Source: a virus. Taken from it: DNA of 64,000 nt. The DNA is taken from the IMG/VR virus record IMGVR_UViG_3300033273_000460, positions 43,771 through 107,770 of that record, one strand, 5' to 3'. A model generated the notes under the pieces. It made no database searches. It was given only the letters and a program-made list of their open reading frames with translations, and had not been told where the DNA came from. Below are positions 20,101 through 27,742 of this stretch, one piece after another (position 1 is the first letter of the stretch; the number at the start of each line of letters is the position of its first letter). The position numbers were made by a program, and so were the translations under genes.

Positions 20101-23100
20101 GACTTATTGGTTTCCGTAGTAGAGAATGGTTAGAAAACTTAGGCTTAGATGACGTTAGCCAAGTAAAGTTCTATCAAGGATTGCTCAAGGGCAAAGGTAC
20201 TAGCGATGTTATCAACAAACTTATCAATGCTGACCTTACAAACCTAAATCAAGAAATTGATTTCTACGAAGAGTGGGGCTTTAGAGTTGGCGAGTATGGT
20301 AGTAATGAAAGCAATCAGGTTGTTGAAGTTATAGTAGATGAAAGTAACAGTCTTAACAATCCAATCACAGTTGAATTTTTAGGTGATGGCGAGAGTGTAG
20401 AAAAAGAACAAAATTTAGGCATCACTGCCAGTGACTTGTACAAAACACCAGGAGGCTTTACAAAAGATCTTTGGAAAGTAAGAACTGCTAACACCAAGCA
20501 GACTGATTTGGACCATGTTGGTTATCCACGCTTAGATGATGTTGATTACACAGTTGTAGAAAACTTTACCGACTTAGAACCACAAATACAAGATCTTGGC
20601 AGAGGTGATAAAGTTTGGATCGCTCGCGATGCTGCAACAGCTGGTCAATGGAATGTTTATCGCATTGATGAAACAGAAACAAGTGTTAGTGAGATCAGCT
20701 CAACCAATACAGGATTGTTAAACGTTACACTCGATGGTAATCATGACCTAGCAAAAGACGATTGGATCATTCTAAAAACTGATGAATTTTACGGTGGTAT
20801 CTATCAAGTACAACGTATTCTCAGCAACCGCAGTTTCCAAATTCTAAGTGAGTTTGAACTTCCAGAACCTATAGAAGAAATCAATAGTGTTCCTGTTTAC
20901 AAATTTGTAAGCAATAGATTTACAAACTTAAAAGACTTGAGCAGTTACACACCATTGTATGGTTTCTTCCAAAACGAACTTGTTTGGGTAGACAGTGACG
21001 AAAACAATCGTTGGGCAGCCTACCAAAAGAAATTGCCATGGACACAAAATGATGTCATAACCAGTACAAGCATTGCTGCAGCAGGACACATGGGCGAAAG
21101 TGTTAGCATTGCCAAAGACAGCAACATTGCACTGGTTGGTGCTCCTGATAGTGCAGAAGGCAGAGTCATACACTACAAAGTTGACAGCACCACAAATAGA
21201 TTAACACAAGCAAGTGTTAAAAAAGTTGTTACAAAAACTGTTGTAGATGAATATGGATATAGTGTAGCCAGCGGAGATGTTTGGCACGCAGTTGGTGCTC
21301 CAGCAACCAACACCGGAACTGGTGCAGTATTTCTCTACACTAGAGATAGTAACAACGATCTAACACTATCACAAATACTTGGATATAATGCAAGTGCTGG
21401 AAGATTTGGACACAGTATTGCAATCAGCAACAACGAGCAATACATGGTAATTGGATCGCCTGGGCGATCCAGCAGCACTGGTAGAGTTCATGTATTTGGA
21501 TATAGAAATGTTGATCCAGCTGATGAAGAAACTGTTACAATCACTGGAACAGGCACAGACACATATGCACTAGGATTTAGTCCACTTTCGCAGCACAGCC
21601 TACTGGTAGTTGACGACCAAGGCACCTACTATATTCCAAATATAGACTTTACTACTAGTGGAAGTAACATTGTATTCACAACCAATTTAAATGCTCCGCG
21701 TGTGGTTAGTGCAACACAAAAAAGTCACTGGGCACAAGCTGATTTCATTACCAGTAGCAACAGCACTACCGGAGACCAATTTGGTTACAGTGTAGACATT
21801 GATGCTACAGGACGCACCATTGTGGTAGGTGCACCATATGCAGACCTTGCAGACAGCACTAGCACAGTGTTCACAGATGCAGGAGAAGTTTATGTATACA
21901 ACAACACAGTTGAGGCATTTACAGCAGACGGAACCAGTAAGACATACAACACCACCAACACCATTGATGCTGATGGCGTAACAGTAACAGTTGATGGCAC
22001 TGAGTATGTGAATGTAACTGCTGGCAAACTAGCAGGCGAGACAGAAGCAAGTGCAATCAATCATTACAGTGTAAGTGGTAACAGTATCACTTTCAGTTAC
22101 GCACCTGCTAAAGATGAAATTATTCGTGTGTGGACAGGAACCTACAAAGAGACTCAACGCATTGATCAAAACATCACAGGCGAGTCACTAACTGAAGATG
22201 AAAACTTTGGTTATAGTGTTGCAATTAATACCTATGGAAGTGCTATTGCAATTGGTTGTCCAGGAGAAGATGAAACCAATCCAAACACAGGCAGCGTGTT
22301 TGTGTTTACAGACACAGGTTTACGTTTTGGCACAGTAAACACAGAAACAACACTGCACAGTCTAGATTACTTTGAGAATGAATCATTGTTTATCAATGAC
22401 TTTGAGGTTACTGCAAGTGCAGACGACACAGACATACAACAGTTTATTGCAGACATAACAACTGCAAACATTGCAGGTGTAAGTGCAGCAAACAGAGAAA
22501 CAGCAACACATCAAGCAACAATCTCAACAACCACAACAACACCAAACGAACGTTTGAGAATACGACCCGGCAAAGGTGCACTGTTTGATAAAGTTGCAGT
22601 AACACCATTTGTGTTAACACAAAAAATTAATCATCCTAGTTTGTTTGAAAACGAAAACTTTGGTAAGAAGGTTGCATTTGACAAACACATCAATGCCAAC
22701 GGTGTTAGCACACAGAACCTAGTGGTAAGCAGTGATCGTAGCAGCACACTATTGCCTGTAGGATTTGATAAAATCACAGACACATCAGATCCTGATTACA
22801 ACACATATGCTACCACATTTGACGATGACGGCACACTGTTCATAGACAGAGAAACACAAAGTGGTGCAGCATATGTTTACGAATTTACCAGTGCTCCATA
22901 CGAAAGCATTACAAATTATCCACAGCATCTATTCCAGCAACAGTTAACATCAAGCACAATAGACAAACTAGACGAATTTGGAAGTGCCATTGCAATCAAC
23001 AACAAGCGTGTATTAGTTGGCAGTAGACGAGATGATGAACTAGCAGTTGATGCAGGCAGTGTGTATGAATTCAACACTGACACTGGCATTGGATGGGTAA

Positions 23101-26100
23101 AGAAACGCACACAAGCTGACAAAGTTGACATCAGTTTGTTTAACCGTGTGGTAACATACAACACAGAAGAACAAGAAATTATTACATTCTGTGATTACAT
23201 TGATCCATACAAACTTAAAGTTGCAGGCATAGCACAACAAGAAATAGATTACTTTACAGACTTTGATCCTGCAAAATACAACACATGGAATGACGAACAC
23301 ATAGGTCGTGTGTGGTGGGATCTAAGCACTGCAATGTTTATTGAATATGAACAAGGTGAACTTGATTATCGCACACAGTATTGGGGCAGAATGTTCCCGG
23401 GCACATCACCAGATGTTTACGAATGGGTTGAAAGTGATGTCCCTCCTGCACAATACACAGGCGAAGGCACACCACGTAGCACAACCGCTTACAGTGTTGC
23501 TGAACAGGTTGACAGTGCAACTAATACGTCTCAAACATTTTATTACTTCTGGGTCATTGGAAAGGAAAGTATTCCTAATTTAGAATTTAGATCAACAAGC
23601 ACACAAGCAGTTGCAAGAGCAATTGAAAATCCAATAGGTAACAATATCAAGCATGTTCAATTTATTGCACCTGATGCATTTAATCTTGTTAATATAACTC
23701 CAGACCTAGACAGCAACAAGGTTGCAGTTAGCATCAACTATGACAGAATTGCAAATGACGGCATACTACACAGTGAGTTTGATTTGGTCAGCAAAGGCGA
23801 TCCTTTGCAAGAAATACCGAGCAGAATATGGAATAAAATTGTAGACAGTTGTGCTGGCAAGGACGCAGTAGGCAATGCAGTTCCAACAGCAGGGTTAAGT
23901 GCTGCTGAACGTTATGGTATTAGCATACGCCCAAGACAAACACTGTATCGAAATAGATTCAAAGCAATACAAGTATTTGTTGATTATTGTAATCAGCAAT
24001 TTAGAAATTTTCCTGTAATTAGGCAAGCAAATATTAACAACTTCCTAGCTAAAGATGAAGTGCAGCCAACAAGTGCAAGCGGACTTTGGGACAAAAAAGT
24101 AAACAGTATTGAAGAAAGAGATTACTTAAACACAGCACTATTTGCAACAGGGTACAATGTGTTAGTAACCAGTGACAGTACACAAAACGGTAGATGGAGT
24201 ATCTACCAACTACAAAGTGATGACACTTGGACACGCACACGAACTCAAAGTTATGACACAACTGAACAGTGGAGTTATAAAACTTGGTATGCACCAGGCT
24301 TTAATGAATTTACAGTGCCACTTTACCAAGTTGATCTAGAAGCTGATCTAGAAACACTAACAGATGCCACTGTTGGCGAACTGGCCAAAGTATTGAGCAA
24401 TGACGATGGTAATGAAAGCAGTTTTGAACTGCAAAGTGATGGCACATGGCGTGAAGTAATAATCAGCAACGGCACAGTTGAATTTAAAACTACACTGTAT
24501 ACAGATTACAACAGCGCAAGCACAGATTTTCCTGCAGATGAAATGCGCAACTTGCTAAGTGCGGTAAAAAATGATATATTCATTAACGACAAAGCACTAA
24601 TGATGAACGAACTGTTCTTTAGAATGGTAGAGTACAATCTAGACGAATACGGCATTGTACATCCAGACTGGGTGTTAAAAACTTCATTTATTCGTGTGTC
24701 ACACAAGTTGCGAGATTTAGTACAGTATCCAACTTTCCGCAACGATAACAGTGAATTTGTTGAAACATTCATTAACGAAGTGAAACCATACAAAACAAAA
24801 ATACGAGATTATACAACACGTTTTGCTGGCGATGACAACTTTGCAGGTGACGTAACAGACTTTGATACACATGCATTTTATGACCAAGATCTAACACTGT
24901 TTAGAAAACCCAGCGGTGACTATGCTGGTGACGAAATCCTTAGAACACAAGGACTAAACACACCATGGGGCGAAAATTACACCTATCGTGTTGATGAAAT
25001 TGAAATTTACACTGCTGGCACTGGATATATTGTAGAACCAACAATTACTATCAGTGCACCGGATGTAGAAGGTGGAGTACAAGCCACTGCAGTCGCAATC
25101 ACAAATGGTAGTGCAATCATTGCTGTGAACATGACCAACAAAGGCAGTGGATATACCACAATACCAACATTGACAATAAGTGGAGAAGCAGGAACTGGTC
25201 TAAAACTTATTCCAAGACTTAAGAATGATGCAATAAGAGAATTTGATCTAACATTGAAATTTGATCGTATCACATTCAGTGCTACAGTTAAAGATTGGAC
25301 TGCTAACACTTCATATGATTACTTGGATTTGATTGCATATAAAAATACCAACACAGGCATACAAGAAGTATACCAAGTTGACGTCACTGGTGGGTTCACA
25401 AGTGGTGCAACATTCAGTGCAGAAACTGCAAATGGTACCACTGCTCTTGTGATTTATGCAGACGAAAGTATTGCTAACAACGCAGACAGAATTGCAGCAT
25501 ACTATACACCAACAACAGGAATGATTGGCGATGATTTAAATCTGCTGCAGATAGGTACAGACTACACAGGCACAAGAGTAGCAGGACTAGGATTTGATCA
25601 ATCACCTGGATTTGACAGTGCAAGTTTTGATCGCAGTGGTTTTGATTCCTTTGAAATTGACACAGATGGTCTTGAGGTACTAGCAGGTACCTTGATTGAT
25701 TCAAACATTCGCAGCACATTTACTGACAGTTTACTTGGTACACGACCAGAAGATGTTGATATCAACGGTGGTAAGTTTGTTGATGTATACAACAGTCATG
25801 CACCAGAAGAATTTGTTCCGGGTAGAGTGTTTGATACACTAGACATTGAAGTTTACACAGATCCAAGTGATGACTTTGAGTACGATGGCAATGGATTTAA
25901 CATTGTAACAAGAGCATATGTCAGCGATGGTACCACAAGCACATTTAGTTTTGCAAGCACCAGTTTAGCACAAGACGTTGATAATGTTTACGTTTGGGTT
26001 GGTTCACAACGCCAGTATGATGCAACAGTAAATCATACAGCAAGAACTGTTACACTGAGCACGACACCAAGTGTGGGCGTAGGAATTAACATTTATGGTT

Positions 26101-27713
26101 ATGGATTCACTGGAGAAAAAATAACACACGAGCAAACCTTCACTGGTGATGGTGTAATAAACTATATGGTTCTAGGTGTTAGCCTAGATCAAGTTGCGCA
26201 GGAACTTGTGCTTAAAAATGGTGTCAAGCAGGTTAAGAATACAGATTATGTCATATCAGAAGCAGACAACAGAACCATTATTACCTTTACTTCAACACCT
26301 GCAGTAAACGATCACATACATGCAATTGCAAGTTCTCAAGATACCAGTAGATATGCATTTACAGAAACATACACACAGGCTATTACACTAACAAGTGGTG
26401 TGCAAACATACGACTTGGATAAAACAATTCAGTATGTTTGGCCATACGAAGGTGCAGTGGTTGCAGAAATGGATAATGCTAGACTGCGTCCTACAAATGC
26501 AAAGCACTACACTGGAGACGGAAGCACAGTAACCTATAGCATTCCAACCACTGCCGGCGAAGGAGCAGTTGCAGATGGTGACATACGTGTAAGTGTTATA
26601 TCACCTGATGATAGAAGCACATTGTTCCCAACAGTGAATAAAACTGTAAACATTGACTACACACTGGATCCTAGTGATGGATCAAGTGCAAGAACAATCA
26701 CTTTCTACGATCCACCAAGCACAGGCGATACAATTATTGTTAGTGTGCGCACAGGTGCAGAATATTTGGTTGATGGAACAACTATCACACTAACAAGTGC
26801 AGCACCTAGTTACACAACAGGTGACATATTATATTTGACCAGTTTCTCAAATCACAATCCAATTAGACCACAAACACAAGTGTTCATAGGACTTGGCAGT
26901 GATACAGTGGTTGATGATGAATTTTTTGATGAAAGTGGATTTGATAGCACAGGTTTTGATGAAACATTGATCACAGGTGTTAGCCTCAGCAAGTATTCAC
27001 TGGATCGTGCAGTAACCAAAAATGACTATCTTTGGGTAACACTAGATGGGGTTAAATTGCATCCAGGTGAATATGACATTGATGACAATGGCAGATTAGA
27101 TTTGACAAGTCAAACAGTTACAAGTGCCAGTGAAATTATTGTTACATCATTTACTGAAAATATTATAACACCTACAGTAGGATTTAGAATCTTTAAAGAC
27201 ATGTTGGGTGGCTACAATTACTATAGAATCTGCGACGACGAAAGCACTGTATTAGCACAAGATGTAAGTCCTACTGATACTAAAATTTATGTTCAAGATG
27301 CAAGCAGACTCAGTAACGTAACACGTGACAGCAGAAATCCAGGTGTGGTGTTTATTGGTAACGAACGTGTGACATATTGGGAAAGAAATACTGAAGAAAA
27401 TTATATCACAGGCTTACGACGTTCAACACGTGGTACACGCTACGCACCTATTCACAGAGCGGGTGTTGCTGTTATTGATGCCAGTGAAGACAGCAGAATG
27501 CCTGCAACGGATACACATACCAAAACCTGGTATGATGCAGGCACAGGCACACCAGCAAATGGATTGGGCATACAAGCAAGCACAACAGTAAATGCAAAAT
27601 ACTTAAAAGCATGCACAGCAATACTACAAAATTACACCAAAGAACTAGATAGTCCCAATTATATAGATGATGGTTATGTTGTAGATGGATATGTAGAAGT
27701 ACAGCTGATTTAA
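14175..27713 (+). CDS. Giant (4512 aa) baseplate wedge/adhesin protein, in the gp7 position, with an FG-GAP beta-propeller
   Basis: Follows gp6 with TAATG coupling; N-terminus LLPGVFQT..NQKFLNATLDQL; FINEVKPYKTKIR; seven FG-GAP-like repeats; recurring FTGDG..F modules. Confidence 0.7.
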   Translation: MALRKHSQLLPGVFQTSRNQKFLNATLDQLNSEPNNVRINQYIGRSPTRSYVKGDGYITESTALRQSYQLEPAVVYRNSAGEVESVDGIINAVNSIAFNNGDTNNLHNLVTQQYYNYEGWVDNDKLINYGEYFWLPKGPDVVNVGGSAVDPEKDFTVNRSDTTRITELYDSNPYDSQPFAEYFEDISTATSYYTFNNDADQNQTIYLARGGEYTFTVDQPGFPFWIQTEIGISGISTSQSNISTREVAGVVNNGEDDGVITYRVPTVDDQNYYVNLPVTANVDLATDLTWKQLHNQPLANILANGGIDTLTSFDGKTLVFANQNLNEREWEAGALFDSVGFDDPEGFDPTTVISIADRYSVYKINVTNIAGTDYVLLTKLSDIPQYTKVKIKQGVTYGSRELYKNVDGLLELIPPITADNNVLYYRDGVNENMFGRIVLVDIGNAQTINVTNDIIGQNDYTAPNGVVFTNGLKIEFDSTVLPESYQNNTYYIEGVGQRSGICLVPEVDLSTPETFTNSLSEPFDSIGFDAGNFDGTEFAPSDPDYIVMNRACRDNNAWSRYNRWFHKSVIEAAAAYNDFTVTVDYTARAKRPIVEYRAGLQLFNHGINAKQPVSIFDVTQTDALSNVAGTTGYYADGINLDPQMRIVFSADTDENVRKTVYRVDFIDQDGDITTDKIINLVPVDTITEDDCLVAKLGTTNQGKMFYFKNGVWNESQQKTELFQDPLFDIHNGSHVSLSDTTAYPDSSFVGTKLFSYKRNNNAASDSVLGFGLSYKNFNNIGDIVFDNNFISDTFTYTKPSTGKQTSIIVKSGHAHSYDYNTGARRLENGWRRINVESKDFQIVRYEVVDEFYSFEIGCQPYQNNTSTNLKVYINSKFLEPSKYTVLSQNNKYYVVLDTAAQVDDVVVIKVFSNDLTSLGYFETPVNLENNANNTDFTDLTLGQMRNHHIEIGENIPTLSGSILGANNMRDIDVAQYAGKILQHSAGAIIPFYLLTNEKANIIDAIKFSSTEYTRFKNRFIDNLDKLDLDLLDAAGSVDKILETMVGSKTNAFPFYYSDMVGWGNQKSTYNYTLDNIQERFYEFGTQFDLNDVSQRSVLVYLTNSKNQKQQLVHGRDYTFDTEVAGIHLDTNLTIAVGNVLTIVEYTDTDGSFVPPTPSKLGLWPAIEPSVYLEQNFGYEDTGTGPYKVYGTLDPNYTQHGQGQLGFAYPLYTTYEAAQAADRAAGGDGTGIHIHKFIGTPQLFYMPAAAGLPQHGAQDNSTIDYYPGVRTIIRGHDGSRYVGFGDVRDSIIFEYEARVYNNIKTVYSNELFDWQEVLTGYARSTQEDRKIENDILRSSYGTWAEKNRIDITKNDTFSVANAFTWNYSQSQNKNTGDTWPGGWRGIFNWLYDTETPHLTPWEMLGLSSKPSWWDYRYGAAPYTKGNTVLWEDLRDGKLYSDAISSEYTTLSRYQRPELLDFIPTDEQGNLRPPADFACKDLSVSTANGTWRFGDYSPQETAWRTSSEWPFAAQLLGILRKPAKYCSLLWDTNLFEYNSAFDQILQKNRTYRPNLADYCLHGVADSNGTISRREGYNQFIFNHLVYNNFSASDVETKVRNLELNLCYAVGGFTDKNLLKVVAETATPNTSNNTIFVPDENYTIFLSKSTPLERVVYSGVRIVRVENGYKITGYDSANPFFKVVPSKKSQNTRTFSIGPDTGFSVYDDYNPYIVNLAYGTVLSTKQQVVDFLNSLQRYYVNKGIVFDNDNGDFIQAAKEFVFWSQQGWETGSVFTVSPLYDRIKINRNFTTIDDLSQTISLRDVNGKPIAKTDYKVSRIDNETIVYVNSENTVLASAVINPIQYEHVLVLDNETIFNDLVYQPNLGNRQDRLKLIGQKTGDWNGTLHAPGYIVSADSFNIWLENKSYSKGEYVSFRNKEYVANQDHSGTSTFDYDNWDLLPNYKSGLLKNIAHRSSQFENFYNIDILNIENDVDLAGKGLIGFRSREWLENLGLDDVSQVKFYQGLLKGKGTSDVINKLINADLTNLNQEIDFYEEWGFRVGEYGSNESNQVVEVIVDESNSLNNPITVEFLGDGESVEKEQNLGITASDLYKTPGGFTKDLWKVRTANTKQTDLDHVGYPRLDDVDYTVVENFTDLEPQIQDLGRGDKVWIARDAATAGQWNVYRIDETETSVSEISSTNTGLLNVTLDGNHDLAKDDWIILKTDEFYGGIYQVQRILSNRSFQILSEFELPEPIEEINSVPVYKFVSNRFTNLKDLSSYTPLYGFFQNELVWVDSDENNRWAAYQKKLPWTQNDVITSTSIAAAGHMGESVSIAKDSNIALVGAPDSAEGRVIHYKVDSTTNRLTQASVKKVVTKTVVDEYGYSVASGDVWHAVGAPATNTGTGAVFLYTRDSNNDLTLSQILGYNASAGRFGHSIAISNNEQYMVIGSPGRSSSTGRVHVFGYRNVDPADEETVTITGTGTDTYALGFSPLSQHSLLVVDDQGTYYIPNIDFTTSGSNIVFTTNLNAPRVVSATQKSHWAQADFITSSNSTTGDQFGYSVDIDATGRTIVVGAPYADLADSTSTVFTDAGEVYVYNNTVEAFTADGTSKTYNTTNTIDADGVTVTVDGTEYVNVTAGKLAGETEASAINHYSVSGNSITFSYAPAKDEIIRVWTGTYKETQRIDQNITGESLTEDENFGYSVAINTYGSAIAIGCPGEDETNPNTGSVFVFTDTGLRFGTVNTETTLHSLDYFENESLFINDFEVTASADDTDIQQFIADITTANIAGVSAANRETATHQATISTTTTTPNERLRIRPGKGALFDKVAVTPFVLTQKINHPSLFENENFGKKVAFDKHINANGVSTQNLVVSSDRSSTLLPVGFDKITDTSDPDYNTYATTFDDDGTLFIDRETQSGAAYVYEFTSAPYESITNYPQHLFQQQLTSSTIDKLDEFGSAIAINNKRVLVGSRRDDELAVDAGSVYEFNTDTGIGWVKKRTQADKVDISLFNRVVTYNTEEQEIITFCDYIDPYKLKVAGIAQQEIDYFTDFDPAKYNTWNDEHIGRVWWDLSTAMFIEYEQGELDYRTQYWGRMFPGTSPDVYEWVESDVPPAQYTGEGTPRSTTAYSVAEQVDSATNTSQTFYYFWVIGKESIPNLEFRSTSTQAVARAIENPIGNNIKHVQFIAPDAFNLVNITPDLDSNKVAVSINYDRIANDGILHSEFDLVSKGDPLQEIPSRIWNKIVDSCAGKDAVGNAVPTAGLSAAERYGISIRPRQTLYRNRFKAIQVFVDYCNQQFRNFPVIRQANINNFLAKDEVQPTSASGLWDKKVNSIEERDYLNTALFATGYNVLVTSDSTQNGRWSIYQLQSDDTWTRTRTQSYDTTEQWSYKTWYAPGFNEFTVPLYQVDLEADLETLTDATVGELAKVLSNDDGNESSFELQSDGTWREVIISNGTVEFKTTLYTDYNSASTDFPADEMRNLLSAVKNDIFINDKALMMNELFFRMVEYNLDEYGIVHPDWVLKTSFIRVSHKLRDLVQYPTFRNDNSEFVETFINEVKPYKTKIRDYTTRFAGDDNFAGDVTDFDTHAFYDQDLTLFRKPSGDYAGDEILRTQGLNTPWGENYTYRVDEIEIYTAGTGYIVEPTITISAPDVEGGVQATAVAITNGSAIIAVNMTNKGSGYTTIPTLTISGEAGTGLKLIPRLKNDAIREFDLTLKFDRITFSATVKDWTANTSYDYLDLIAYKNTNTGIQEVYQVDVTGGFTSGATFSAETANGTTALVIYADESIANNADRIAAYYTPTTGMIGDDLNLLQIGTDYTGTRVAGLGFDQSPGFDSASFDRSGFDSFEIDTDGLEVLAGTLIDSNIRSTFTDSLLGTRPEDVDINGGKFVDVYNSHAPEEFVPGRVFDTLDIEVYTDPSDDFEYDGNGFNIVTRAYVSDGTTSTFSFASTSLAQDVDNVYVWVGSQRQYDATVNHTARTVTLSTTPSVGVGINIYGYGFTGEKITHEQTFTGDGVINYMVLGVSLDQVAQELVLKNGVKQVKNTDYVISEADNRTIITFTSTPAVNDHIHAIASSQDTSRYAFTETYTQAITLTSGVQTYDLDKTIQYVWPYEGAVVAEMDNARLRPTNAKHYTGDGSTVTYSIPTTAGEGAVADGDIRVSVISPDDRSTLFPTVNKTVNIDYTLDPSDGSSARTITFYDPPSTGDTIIVSVRTGAEYLVDGTTITLTSAAPSYTTGDILYLTSFSNHNPIRPQTQVFIGLGSDTVVDDEFFDESGFDSTGFDETLITGVSLSKYSLDRAVTKNDYLWVTLDGVKLHPGEYDIDDNGRLDLTSQTVTSASEIIVTSFTENIITPTVGFRIFKDMLGGYNYYRICDDESTVLAQDVSPTDTKIYVQDASRLSNVTRDSRNPGVVFIGNERVTYWERNTEENYITGLRRSTRGTRYAPIHRAGVAVIDASEDSRMPATDTHTKTWYDAGTGTPANGLGIQASTTVNAKYLKACTAILQNYTKELDSPNYIDDGYVVDGYVEVQLI

Positions 27714-27716
27714 GGT

Positions 27717-27724
27717 AATAAATA
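27717..27724 (+). promoter_or_regulatory. Late promoter AATAAATA before the tail fibre gene
   Basis: Intergenic; followed by AGAGG SD and ATG 27743. Confidence 0.6.
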
Positions 27725-27742
27725 TGTTAGAGGTAGAATATA

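Noticed and set aside
14175-27713. Intein, intron or fusion artefact explaining the 4512-aa ORF
   Set aside because: No recognisable intein splice-junction or LAGLIDADG motifs; the composition is uniformly structural-protein-like.
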